64,000 nucleotides of DNA from assembly GCA_965228735.1 (NCBI GenBank), contig OZ245838.1, forward strand, positions 5,824,001-5,888,000, written 5' to 3'. Made by a program: the position numbers and the translations under genes. Of this stretch, positions 39,268-48,821 are shown one piece after another; within the stretch, counting starts at the first letter, position 1; each line of letters begins with the position of its first letter. The notes under the pieces are model-generated. The model was not told the DNA's origin, did no database searches, and saw nothing but the letters and a program-made list of their open reading frames with translations. The stretch is from Planctomycetota bacterium (GTDB lineage: Bacteria > Planctomycetota > UBA1135 > UBA2386).

Positions 39268-39885
39268 TCAGTCGGTCTTGCCGCGCTCGCGCTCGAGCTG
39301 CTCGAGCTTCATCGTGAGCGCGGCGCGCGCGCGTGACAGCAGCATGCGCGTCGCGGCCTCGGTGCGATCGATCTCGGCCGCGACCTCTTCGATCGGGCGT
39401 TGGGCGAACACGAGTTGCTCGATCACCTCGCGATGTTCTTCGCGGACCTCGTGCAGCGCGCGGTAGACGAGCTCGACGTCCTCGACCTTCTGCAGGTCGG
39501 AGAGCGGTGACGACACCGTGCGCAGATAGGCGATCGTCAGCGCGTTGAGCTCCGTCGTGCGGCTCGGTGGCTTGCGCTTCTTGGCCGTGAGGTGGCGGTG
39601 CTGTTGGCGCGCGGAGTTCTCGATGATCGTCGTGACCCAGGCCGAGAATTCGCGAATGGTGCTGCCCTGGAACTTGCCGATGCCGCGCACGACCTCGACG
39701 TAGGCGTCCTGCAGCACGTCCGACACGCGGGTGCGGCCACGCAGGGCGGTGCCGACGCGGCGTTCCGCATCCGCGCGGAACTGATGCTCGAGGCGGGTCA
39801 GAAGACGGTCGAGGGCCGCGCTGTCGCCGGCGCGCGCGGCGTCGAGATCGGCCGCGAATGCCTTGTCATCGTTCCAATCCGTCAT
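39268..39885 (-). CDS. ECF sigma-70 factor of the planctomycete kinase-associated type
   Basis: ARAGDSAALDRL, SDVLQDA, FQGSTIREFSAW and EEVAAEIDRTEAATRMLLSRAR motifs. Confidence 0.88.
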   Translation of the reverse strand: MTDWNDDKAFAADLDAARAGDSAALDRLLTRLEHQFRADAERRVGTALRGRTRVSDVLQDAYVEVVRGIGKFQGSTIREFSAWVTTIIENSARQQHRHLTAKKRKPPSRTTELNALTIAYLRTVSSPLSDLQKVEDVELVYRALHEVREEHREVIEQLVFAQRPIEEVAAEIDRTEAATRMLLSRARAALTMKLEQLERERGKTD

Positions 39886-40055
39886 GGCGCCACTCGGTTT
39901 TCGGAGCGTCGGTTTCGCCGTAAGTTACAACATGCGAAGGGGTTCGTGCCGGGCGGGCCCGCGCGTTGCCAGCAATCTCGGCAAATATGCGTTATCACCA
40001 TAGGGCGATCGCACCTTGTCGTCACTCGCCAATGACGGCCTGCCTACCCCGAAAC

Positions 40056-41189
40056 ATGAGCTACACCCGCAATCGGTTCGCCTCTCTCGCCGTTTTCCTG
40101 CTCCTCGCGCTCGGTGCCGCGAAGTCGCTGACTGCGCAGGTCCCGATCCTGTTCCCGGATCTGGCGATCAACCCGGTTGGGACCATCACCGGCACCGACG
40201 GCAAGGTGACGTTCAACCTCACGCAGCCGACGGGTTCGAAGCACGCCCTGCTCGTTTGCTACATCAACGTGACCGGCGAGGGGCAGTGGCCGGAGTTGAT
40301 TCGCGCCGCGATCCAGGCAGCCAATCACGCGAACATCGTGCAAGACGGCGGCGGGTCCTACACGGACTCCATCGCCGGCGTGGACGCGGATGCGCAAGCC
40401 GGCACCTATACCATACCGCCGAACATCATCGCGGAGGCCGTCGCGGAAGTGAACTGGGCCACCAACTCGATCCAGGATTGGGCCAAGCCGTTCAACGGAA
40501 CGATGGCGTGGCCGACGAACACCACGTCGACGACCCACTGGCCGACGAGCAACTGGCCGACCTCGTGCAGCACGATGCGATGGTCGACGCTCGGAACGGG
40601 GGTCAACTACGAGTTCGACGTCGGCGAGCTCATGGAGGCCTGCCTCGCTCGACAGATCGGCTACCACCTCGACAAGCCGATCACGCACCACGACGTCACG
40701 AGCCGCGTCGCGTCCGTGATGAAGCAGGCCAACGTGAAGTCGGCCGGCTTCGACCTCAATGCCATCGTCGTCGAGCTGCAGGATCCGCCCGGTGACACGC
40801 CGACGACGCCCGTCATCAAGCTGTCGCGCAGCCGCAAGATCAAGATCCAGGACCCCTCGCATGGCGGCGATCGCGACTTCTTCCACTTCGATCACATCTA
40901 TCCCATCACCGACTACTGCGAGCTGTTGCTCGACAGCGGCATGGGGTCGAACGTCCAGGTGCCGCAGGGTGACTACTGGCTCTACTATCCGGTGGACGGC
41001 GGCTACGAGACGATCCAGCTCGAGTTCACGGTGATCCAGGGCAACCACGCCTATCGCTGCCCGATCCTGCCGGCCGATGCGATCAGCGGTGAGATCATGG
41101 TCTACGACCACCTCAACCTGACGATCGCTCCGCTTGCTGGGCCGCAGGGCAAGTCCTGGATCTACGAGTACGAAGTGCTCAACAACTAG
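40056..41189 (+). CDS. Secreted hypothetical protein
   Basis: Signal peptide ending SLTA-Q; host-like codon usage; short WPT repeats. Confidence 0.75.
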   Translation: MSYTRNRFASLAVFLLLALGAAKSLTAQVPILFPDLAINPVGTITGTDGKVTFNLTQPTGSKHALLVCYINVTGEGQWPELIRAAIQAANHANIVQDGGGSYTDSIAGVDADAQAGTYTIPPNIIAEAVAEVNWATNSIQDWAKPFNGTMAWPTNTTSTTHWPTSNWPTSCSTMRWSTLGTGVNYEFDVGELMEACLARQIGYHLDKPITHHDVTSRVASVMKQANVKSAGFDLNAIVVELQDPPGDTPTTPVIKLSRSRKIKIQDPSHGGDRDFFHFDHIYPITDYCELLLDSGMGSNVQVPQGDYWLYYPVDGGYETIQLEFTVIQGNHAYRCPILPADAISGEIMVYDHLNLTIAPLAGPQGKSWIYEYEVLNN

Positions 41190-41201
41190 CCGGCCTGCTC
41201 C

Positions 41202-44051
41202 ATGACCAAGCGGCCGGAGACGGACGACGACATCGTCGAAGACATCCTCGGGCGCTGGTTCGACCTGCAGCTGGCCGGCGAAGCGCCGGACCTCGACGAG
41301 CTCTGTGCGGAAGCGCCGCACCTGCGTGAGCGGGTGCGGGGCCTGCTCGAGCGGCAGCAGGAGCTGATCGGTCCCGCGCCCGCGGAATCGCAAGAACGCG
41401 ATCGTCCGTCCGGTCGCCCTGCGGTCGGGCCGCTCCCCATGGACCGGCTCGGCGGCTTCGAGCTCAAGTCGCGCATCGGTTCGGGCGGCATGGGCGATGT
41501 CTACCTCGCGCGTGAGGTCGAGCTCGACCGCATCGTCGCCCTCAAGGTGTTGCGTCGCGAGTTCTGCGACGATCCGCTGCGGCGGCTCCGATTCCGCCGC
41601 GAAGCGCAGCTGACCGCGGCGCTCGACCACCCGGACATCGTGCCGATCTACGGCACGGGGGAGGACGCGGGACACGTCTTCCTCGTGATGAAGCACCTGC
41701 CGGGGACGACGCTCGATCGCGCGATCGGGCTCGCGCCGCGGCGTCTCGCGCGGATCGGTGCGCGCGTCGCGCACGCGCTGCACGCGGCCCACGAGGTCGG
41801 CATCGTGCACCGCGACGTCAAGCCGGGGAACGTCCAGGTCGATGGCCTCGACGCGGACGGCAGAAGCGACGACGTCTGGGTGCTCGACTTCGGCCTCGCG
41901 CGCGGGCGCGTTGATCTCACGCTGACGACCGAAGGGCAGGCACCGGGGACGATGGCCTACATGCCGCCCGAGCAGCTGCGCGGCGACAGCAGCGGCGTCG
42001 ACCCGCGCTGCGACATCTATTCGCTCGGCGCGACGCTCTACCAGTGCATCGCGGGACGGCCGCCGTTCGACGGCGACCGCCCGGAGCAGATCGTGCGTCG
42101 CGCGCTGCTGCACGAACCGGCGCCGCTCGAGCTCGCGCCCGTCGATCGCGACCTCGCGACGATCATCATGCGCGCGCTCGAGAAGGACCCGGGGCGGCGC
42201 TTCGCGTCCGCGGCCGAGTTCGCTGCGGACCTGGAGCGATACGTGGCCGGCGAGCCGATCCACTCGCGGCCACCGAGCACGTTGACGCGGTTCGTCAAAC
42301 TCGCGCGGCGGCATCGGGTCGTCGCGTCGGCGTTGGCCGCCGCGCTGCTGGTGGCTGTCGTCCTGGTCCCGCAGCTCGTTGCCAACGCGTGGCAGCGCGC
42401 GGCCGAGCTCGACCGGCGTTTCGAGTTCGTCGAGACGACGCTCGCCGGCGGGCTCCCGGCCGTGGCGTTCGGGAGATTGCTCGAGCTCGAGAGTTCCGCG
42501 GCCGCCGAGGACGCGCGGTTCGGAGCGCTGCAGTCAGAGGCCAGGGCGACGCTCGCGCGCGACGCGCTGCTCGATCGCATCCTGCTCGATGCAGTGCATT
42601 TCACGGTGCCGGCGGATGGCGAGTTCGTGGCGGCCATGGCCGATTTGCCGGACAACGTGCGCGGCCAGGAGCTCACGGCGGTCGCGTTGGCGTTTCTCGA
42701 GTACGGTCAGGGCAATCTCGGGAGGGCCACGGAAGAACTCGGCAGGCTCGCCGGCACGGGTGCGATGCCCCGTTTCGTCGCGGTATTCGAAGCGCTGCTG
42801 GGGGGGCGGGATCCGGTTGCTGCAATCGCGAACACCGACGTCGGCGCCATGCCCGTCGAGGACCACGTATTCGCCGCTGCCGTGTTGCGAAACGCGGACG
42901 CGTCGTCGGGAGCGATGGAGGCCGAGATCCGGGCTGCGTTCGAGCTCGACCCTGCATCGCCGCGAGCCCGGTTGATGGTGGCGGTGTGGCACATCGTGCA
43001 GGGCGAGGCTGCGCGGGCTCGCGAGACGCTGCTCATGCTCTGGGACGATCGGCGGCCGCGACCGGAGTTGCATTGCGAGATCGCGAGTCTCGCGCTCATC
43101 GACTACGAGACTCGATTGGCCGCCGAACAGATCGAGCGGGCCGAGTCTGCGCTGCTGGCCACGGGACGCCGGCCCGCCCAGAACGCCCCGTTGGCGCGCG
43201 TGCGGATCCGACTGCACACGAAGCGTGGTGAGTTCGATCAGGCGGTGGCCCTGCTCGCGGCAACACGCGAACGGCTCGGGGACGATGAGTGGCTACACGG
43301 TTGCGACGTCGAGATCGCGCTCGGTCAGGAGGATTGGGGCGCGGCACGGCAACGTGCACTGCGGATGGCCGCCGTGGCGAAGGCGCCGTGGAATCGACGC
43401 CGCGCCGAGGCCGTGCTGTTGCAGATCGCCGTGGCCACATGGGGGGAGGCCCCCGATGAGGAGTCGGGTCGGGCGCTCGTCGAGCGCGCCAGGGACCTCG
43501 CGGACTCCGCCGACAAGGCCGGCCACCGATGGGCGGGCGCCATTGCACAGCTCGCGATCTTCGACGTTGGCAAGAAGATGGCTGGCGAGTTGCTCGTGGC
43601 CGATCCCGCCGAGGCACTGCGCTGGGAACATGAGTACTGGCGGGCGTTGCTGGCCGCGTTCGAGTTCGACGACGGCAACGCCGGGGCGACGATCGAAGCC
43701 GGGATCTACCTGCTCGACCGGCTCGCCGACCGCGAGCGTGATCCGGCCGCGGAGTTGTGGCTCGGTGATACGGTACGGCAGGCACGGCAACGTGCCGTGA
43801 GGCTGTCCGAGAGCGCGTACCGGGGCGAGCGGACCATCGAGTTTGCGGATCACCTGCTGCTCGCGGTCCTGGGGGCCCGGTTGTCCGCCGAGGTCGAGGA
43901 CGACGCGGCGGCGAAACGAGCCGGTGCGATCGCCGCGGCGTTGCTCGGGCGGCCCGGGGTCGAAGTCGATCCGCAGATCACGTCGATCCTGGATCAGGCC
44001 CGCGAGAAGCTCGGGCTGACGAAGTGGCCGGCGCCGGCCGACCATCGGTGA
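41202..44051 (+). CDS. Ser/Thr protein kinase with TM segment and TPR-like C-terminal region
   Basis: GSGGMG, VALK, HRDVKPGN, DFG, GT.AYM.PEQ and DIYSLG motifs; TM VVASALAAALLVAVVLV. Confidence 0.93.
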   Translation: MTKRPETDDDIVEDILGRWFDLQLAGEAPDLDELCAEAPHLRERVRGLLERQQELIGPAPAESQERDRPSGRPAVGPLPMDRLGGFELKSRIGSGGMGDVYLAREVELDRIVALKVLRREFCDDPLRRLRFRREAQLTAALDHPDIVPIYGTGEDAGHVFLVMKHLPGTTLDRAIGLAPRRLARIGARVAHALHAAHEVGIVHRDVKPGNVQVDGLDADGRSDDVWVLDFGLARGRVDLTLTTEGQAPGTMAYMPPEQLRGDSSGVDPRCDIYSLGATLYQCIAGRPPFDGDRPEQIVRRALLHEPAPLELAPVDRDLATIIMRALEKDPGRRFASAAEFAADLERYVAGEPIHSRPPSTLTRFVKLARRHRVVASALAAALLVAVVLVPQLVANAWQRAAELDRRFEFVETTLAGGLPAVAFGRLLELESSAAAEDARFGALQSEARATLARDALLDRILLDAVHFTVPADGEFVAAMADLPDNVRGQELTAVALAFLEYGQGNLGRATEELGRLAGTGAMPRFVAVFEALLGGRDPVAAIANTDVGAMPVEDHVFAAAVLRNADASSGAMEAEIRAAFELDPASPRARLMVAVWHIVQGEAARARETLLMLWDDRRPRPELHCEIASLALIDYETRLAAEQIERAESALLATGRRPAQNAPLARVRIRLHTKRGEFDQAVALLAATRERLGDDEWLHGCDVEIALGQEDWGAARQRALRMAAVAKAPWNRRRAEAVLLQIAVATWGEAPDEESGRALVERARDLADSADKAGHRWAGAIAQLAIFDVGKKMAGELLVADPAEALRWEHEYWRALLAAFEFDDGNAGATIEAGIYLLDRLADRERDPAAELWLGDTVRQARQRAVRLSESAYRGERTIEFADHLLLAVLGARLSAEVEDDAAAKRAGAIAAALLGRPGVEVDPQITSILDQAREKLGLTKWPAPADHR

Positions 44052-44064
44052 CCCGTAGGTCGAT

Positions 44065-45057
44065 CTACTCCTTCTCGAGCGACCCGATCACCACGCGCGC
44101 CCACTCGACCGGCCGCAGCGTCCCCGTCGCCTGCAGTCGCAGCCGCACGTTCACGTCCCGATTCCCCGGATGCACCGCCGCCACGCTCGCGACGCCGACG
44201 GTGATCGGCGCAGGCGGGATGCCGCGGGTGACGACCATGCTCGCTTCGAGGGCGCGTTCGCCGTAGGCGGTGACCTCGATCGGGAAGACGCAGTGTTCGC
44301 CCTTGCCGATCGGGGTCGGGTGCGGCCAGACGCGCGTGCCGTCGACGCCGAAGTTCATCTCGATGCCCTTCGTGAAGTTCAGGGCCGCGGTCAGCAGGCT
44401 CGGCTTCTGGACGGCGCGCTCGAGCAACGGGGCGAGGGGTTCGGCGCCGAGCACGAGCTCGATGATCGTGCGGATCGCGAACATCGAGATCAGCGCGCGG
44501 CGGCGCTCGGCGGTGGGTATGGCGAAGACTTTGGCGAACCGCTCGTCTGGCGTGAGGTCGGGCGTCGCCAGCGCGATCTCCGCCATCGGCCCGAAGCCCA
44601 CGCCGAGCACTTCGGCCGGCAGGGCGCTCGTCTTCGATTCGCCGACGACGTTGCCACTCGCATCAGTGACGAGCAGATGGCAGGTCACGGCGCCGTGCAG
44701 CTCGATCTCGAGCGGCGGTCCGCCCGTATCGGGCGTGAACGTCGCCGTGCCGGTGGCGCTCTTGTCGAGGGCCGCGATCGCCGTGCGGACGAACCACGTC
44801 TCCGGCGGTTTCTCGGGTTCGTGGATCGTCAGCGAGTAGACGGCGCAGTCGCCGAGCTTGGGCTCCTGGCTCGGCGGCGCGCTGCTGTCGACCAGGAGCT
44901 CGGCGGGCACGTCGATCGCCGGGCTGTCGTGCAGCGGGTCGAGCGGCTGCGGGTCGAACGGCGGCGGCGGTGAACTGGTGCAGGCCGCCAATGCCAACAC
45001 CGGCGCGATGACGGCGGCGGACTGGATGGCACCGATGCGCAGGTGGAGGCCGACCAT
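44065..45057 (-). CDS. Hypothetical lipoprotein
   Basis: Lipobox LAAC followed by a Pro-rich linker; start uncertain. Confidence 0.6.
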   Translation of the reverse strand: MVGLHLRIGAIQSAAVIAPVLALAACTSSPPPPFDPQPLDPLHDSPAIDVPAELLVDSSAPPSQEPKLGDCAVYSLTIHEPEKPPETWFVRTAIAALDKSATGTATFTPDTGGPPLEIELHGAVTCHLLVTDASGNVVGESKTSALPAEVLGVGFGPMAEIALATPDLTPDERFAKVFAIPTAERRRALISMFAIRTIIELVLGAEPLAPLLERAVQKPSLLTAALNFTKGIEMNFGVDGTRVWPHPTPIGKGEHCVFPIEVTAYGERALEASMVVTRGIPPAPITVGVASVAAVHPGNRDVNVRLRLQATGTLRPVEWARVVIGSLEKE

Positions 45058-45260
45058 GAGCGGAACGCTACCGAACTCGACGCGCCCGTCGCGCGTGCGC
45101 CGAGAAATACGACCGGACGCCCGCGGCCCCACGACCGCGGTCCAGGGGCCGATCTGCGGTCTCTTGGGCCGCTTCTCGCTCTTCCTTGGACACCGCTGAA
45201 ATCGTGGCGGTCGCACGGGTGCGCTGCCGCCTCCAGGGTTGAACCCGATCCAGGCACCCC

Positions 45261-46337
45261 ATGTCCGAGCCCGCCGCCCCCCGAATCGTCCGCTTCGTCC
45301 TCCTTGCCATCGCGCTCTGGTGCGCGCTGCAGCCGTTCCTGCCCGGTCAGACCTTGCCCGAGCGCTGGAACCGCGCGGCGGACTGGGGGCTGCAGGCGAC
45401 GCCCGGCAACCCGTGGGCGGACAGCCAGGGCAACGTGATGTGGTCGGCGCACCATCGCCGCGGCGGCATGTCGTTCGGTCAGTCGACGACCCTCGATCCC
45501 GCGTGGCAGGGCTGGGTCTCCGGCGGTGCCGCGATCTACTCCGGCGTCGCGCCGATCTACCAGAACGGCCTGGTGCACGAGTGCTACTACAATGTCCTCT
45601 GGGCGCGGCACCATCTGATCACGCCCGTCGTCGAGTTCCGGAACGTGACGGCGCAGGCCTTCGACCTCGCGATCGGTGGTCACCTCACGGTGTCGTGGAC
45701 CGGTCCGCAGGGGATCGCGCACGACACGCCGGTGACCGTGCAGCTGCAGCTCTACGACACCGGCACCGCGACGAACAGCTTCCTGGTCGACACGGTCGTC
45801 AACAAGCCGACGCCGGGCGGGACACCCGAGAGCCTCGCGTTCCCCGTCAACATCCCGGCGTTCACGTTCCACCCGCAGAGCCGGATCCTGATCACCGTGG
45901 TCGGCCAGAACTACAGCACGGGCACGAGCTGGATCATCCTGACCGACAAGAACCTCGACTACGTGCGGAGCGTCACCGCGACCGAGGTCGTGCGGCAGGC
46001 GACGCCGCCGAACCCGCTGACCCTGCTGCCCGGTGTGACGAGCCGCCCGCTGCTCGGGTCGACGTGGGATCCCGTGATCGGCAACGCGCCGAGCAACGGT
46101 ACCTTCGATCTGCTCGCGCTGGGCTTCGTGCCGCTGCATCAACCGACGCCGGTCGGCATCGCGCTGTGCGATCCGGTCGCGGTCGAGGTCGCGCTGTCGG
46201 GCACGCCGTTCGCCGTGGACTTCCCGCTGGAATACACGTTCCTCGGCCTGCCGCTGTGCACGCAGGGCGCGAGCCTGACGAGCGCGTCGACGATGTCGTT
46301 GAGCAACGCGCTCGATATCACGCTCGGCGATCTGTGA
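45261..46337 (+). CDS. Secreted beta-rich protein with an unnamed C-terminal domain
   Basis: Signal-like N-terminus; C-terminal RPLLG…NAP…LGLPLCTQG…LSNALDITLG. Confidence 0.75.
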   Translation: MSEPAAPRIVRFVLLAIALWCALQPFLPGQTLPERWNRAADWGLQATPGNPWADSQGNVMWSAHHRRGGMSFGQSTTLDPAWQGWVSGGAAIYSGVAPIYQNGLVHECYYNVLWARHHLITPVVEFRNVTAQAFDLAIGGHLTVSWTGPQGIAHDTPVTVQLQLYDTGTATNSFLVDTVVNKPTPGGTPESLAFPVNIPAFTFHPQSRILITVVGQNYSTGTSWIILTDKNLDYVRSVTATEVVRQATPPNPLTLLPGVTSRPLLGSTWDPVIGNAPSNGTFDLLALGFVPLHQPTPVGIALCDPVAVEVALSGTPFAVDFPLEYTFLGLPLCTQGASLTSASTMSLSNALDITLGDL

Positions 46338-47484
46338 CGCGGCGGCGGCGGCGGATCCTGTCGATCAGGCAGAGCAGGAAGCCGGCGCCGAGCACGCCGT
46401 AGAACCACTGCCACATCGAGAAGTTCCACGGCAGCGACAGCCGGGGTTCGCGAGCGTCCGCTGTGGCGAGCAGCGCCTGCAGGGCCGCGTCCGAGCGCAC
46501 GTCCTCGCCACGTGCGATCGCGGCGGCTTCGAGTTCCTGGAACGCGGCGAGCCAGCGGTCCGCGCTCGCGCGCTGCTCCGCGTAGAACGATTCGGAGGGC
46601 GGCACGTTGCCCTGGGAGACGTGAGTCTCCGCTTCGCGTTGGTGCGCCACGATGTTGGCGCAGGACTTGCGCAGGACATCGGACGCCGGGTGGCCGCGCT
46701 CGATCGCGTGGCGGAACGACCACCACGCCAGATGCAGGTGCTCCTTCATGAGGAACAGCTCGCCGAGTGTTCGATAGAGCTCCGGGCCCTCGATCCCGCC
46801 GAAGCGCAGCATGCCAGAGGCGGCCTCATAGGCCTCGTTCCAGTCGAGCTCGCGATCGTTCCGCCACGGACTGGTATCGAGACCCTGCTCCGCCACCACG
46901 AACCAGTAGATGCTCTTGCCAGGCCTCGGTTGGTAGTTCGCATGCCGCAGGAAACTCGTGCTCGACCACAGCGTCGGGTCTCTCTTCGCCGCCGCGATGT
47001 ACTCGATCAACTCGATCTGATACCGCTCGCGCCCGAAGTGCGCGTCCGGGTTGATCGCGACGGCGCGCCGCAGTTCGACGAGCCCCTCGTCGAACCTGCC
47101 GGCGTGGGCGAGGAACGTGCCGAGGTTGGCGTGATACCGATACCGGTGCTCGTCGTCGGGCGTGTTCGTGAGCGCTTTCTGCTTTCGCGCCATCACCGCG
47201 ATCGCGGCGTCACGATCGCCGAGGCGCTCGTGCGCGACGGCGAGGTCGTCGAGTTCGGCCAGCGTCAGCTCGCGTTCGCCGCCGAGCCGCTCGAGCCGTT
47301 CGCGGTAGTACGCGTCCGAGTGCCGGTGCCAGCGCCCGGTGACGAGGTCGAACGCCTCGGGCAGTCCGCGCAGCTCGGACTCGAGCGTGTCGCTGTCCCA
47401 GATGCACGGCAGCAAGGCGGCCGGCGCGAGCACCAAGGCGAACGCGAACGACCGCGCCCCTGACCCGACGGCGCCGCCGCTCAT
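46318..47484 (-). CDS. Exported TPR protein with a C-terminal TM anchor
   Basis: Signal then CIWDSDTL; TPR-like YRYHANLGTFL…AVAINPDAHFGRE; C-terminal hydrophobic helix plus Arg cluster; ATGA overlap with the upstream gene. Confidence 0.75.
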   Translation of the reverse strand: MSGGAVGSGARSFAFALVLAPAALLPCIWDSDTLESELRGLPEAFDLVTGRWHRHSDAYYRERLERLGGERELTLAELDDLAVAHERLGDRDAAIAVMARKQKALTNTPDDEHRYRYHANLGTFLAHAGRFDEGLVELRRAVAINPDAHFGRERYQIELIEYIAAAKRDPTLWSSTSFLRHANYQPRPGKSIYWFVVAEQGLDTSPWRNDRELDWNEAYEAASGMLRFGGIEGPELYRTLGELFLMKEHLHLAWWSFRHAIERGHPASDVLRKSCANIVAHQREAETHVSQGNVPPSESFYAEQRASADRWLAAFQELEAAAIARGEDVRSDAALQALLATADAREPRLSLPWNFSMWQWFYGVLGAGFLLCLIDRIRRRRRVTDRRA

Positions 47485-48629
47485 CGGGCGTAGAGCCACA
47501 CGAAGCCGTGCGTCTTGATCTTCTGCCCGGAGGTCTGCCACGTGACGTCACCGACGAGCAGGTCGGGCCGGCGGTTGCCGTTCCAGTCGCAGACGTGGAC
47601 CTTGACGCGTTGGCCGCACGGCTTCTCCGGGCGCGTGCCATCAGCGGCGCGCTTGCCGTATGCCGGCTGCGCCACGAGCAGCCCGGCCTCGGCGTAGCGC
47701 GGCCGACCGCCCTTGCGCCCGACGTTGCGATACCAGTGTACCGCGCCGTGTTCGCTGCCGACGACGAGGTCGATGCGGCCGTCGCCGTTCCAGTCGGCGT
47801 GGTGCGCGTTGCTGCCCTCGATGACCGTGCCCTTCTCGGTCTTCAGCGGCTGGAACTCGGTGGACCACTGCGGCTCGCTGCGCGTCCCGACGTTCTCGAT
47901 CACGAGCACGGGATCGCTGCGCGCGCCGACGACGAGGTCGAGGTCGTCGTCCTCGTCCATGTCGACGAGCTCGGGCACGACCGAGTACTCGGGCAGGATG
48001 ATCGCCTTGCCGTCGACGTTCTGCAGGTGCTCACGCTTGCCGAAACGCGGGAGGCCGGTGCTCGCCGACGTGGCGGCCGCGGCCGTCGTCGTCGAAGCGT
48101 CCGCGGGACCATTGGCGGCGAGACCGCGGAACAGATACAGCTGCCCCGTGTACGACCCCGTGACGATGTCGAGGATGCCGTCGTGGTCGTAGTCCACGAA
48201 CTGTGGACAGAACGAGAGGCATCAAGTGATCGGGACGGCGGCGTCCTCGCCGTTCGCCTGCAGGTAGGAGAAGCTCGCGAACTTCGGCCTCTTCGCGGAG
48301 CCGACGTTGCGGTAGATCCGCACCTTGCCGTTGGCGAAGCGGCCGGCCTTCTTCCAGCCTTCCGCGAGCTCGTCGGGCAGCTCGGCGTTGTCGAACTTGC
48401 CCGTGCCGAACTCGCCGACGAGCAGGTCGCGCAGGCCGTCGCCGTCGAAGTCGAAGAAGTACGGCGCGGCGTGGCCCGTCGTCACGTCGATCGGTTCGCC
48501 GGCGGCCTCGAGCAGGACCGGATTGCTGAGTTCGGGGCGCTGGCTCCCGCGTTGAGCCGGGGCTGGACTCATCAGGAGCGAGAGGACGAGCGCGCCGGCG
48601 CTCGCGGTAGCAACAGCAGGTCGTGCCAT
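47481..48629 (-). CDS. Secreted FG-GAP repeat protein with an in-frame UGA at codon 136, candidate selenoprotein (382 aa if read through)
   Basis: ORFs 48222-48629 and 47481-48197 share a frame; junction reads VPIT*CLSFCPQFVDYDHDGILDIVTG; five FG-GAP-like blades span the UGA. Confidence 0.75.
48187..48215 (-). promoter_or_regulatory. Candidate bacterial SECIS element
   Basis: mRNA UGA-UGCCUC-UCGU-UCU-GUCCAC-AGUUC-GUGGAC-U-ACGA: 6-bp upper stem, 5-nt loop with G at position 2, loop 19 nt from the UGA. Confidence 0.6.
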
Positions 48630-48821
48630 CGAGGTCTCCGAGGGGTCGGGTCGCCGAGCGTGGGGGCAGCCGGGTGACCCGGAGAGCCCGGGTTTCGGCC
48701 GCCGTGAGCGACCGGCGCAGTGTAGCGCGGCGGGCGGGGCGCGGGGGCTCGACGGCCCGATGCTCGAAGCCGGCACCTCAGAGCCGTAGGATTCGGAGCC
48801 CTGATCAGGAGTCCACTACCA

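Noticed and set aside
47481..48629. Pseudogene or two separate FG-GAP genes
   Set aside because: Single in-frame UGA next to Cys with a SECIS-like hairpin and no other decay; read-through is more parsimonious, although a nonsense mutation cannot be fully excluded
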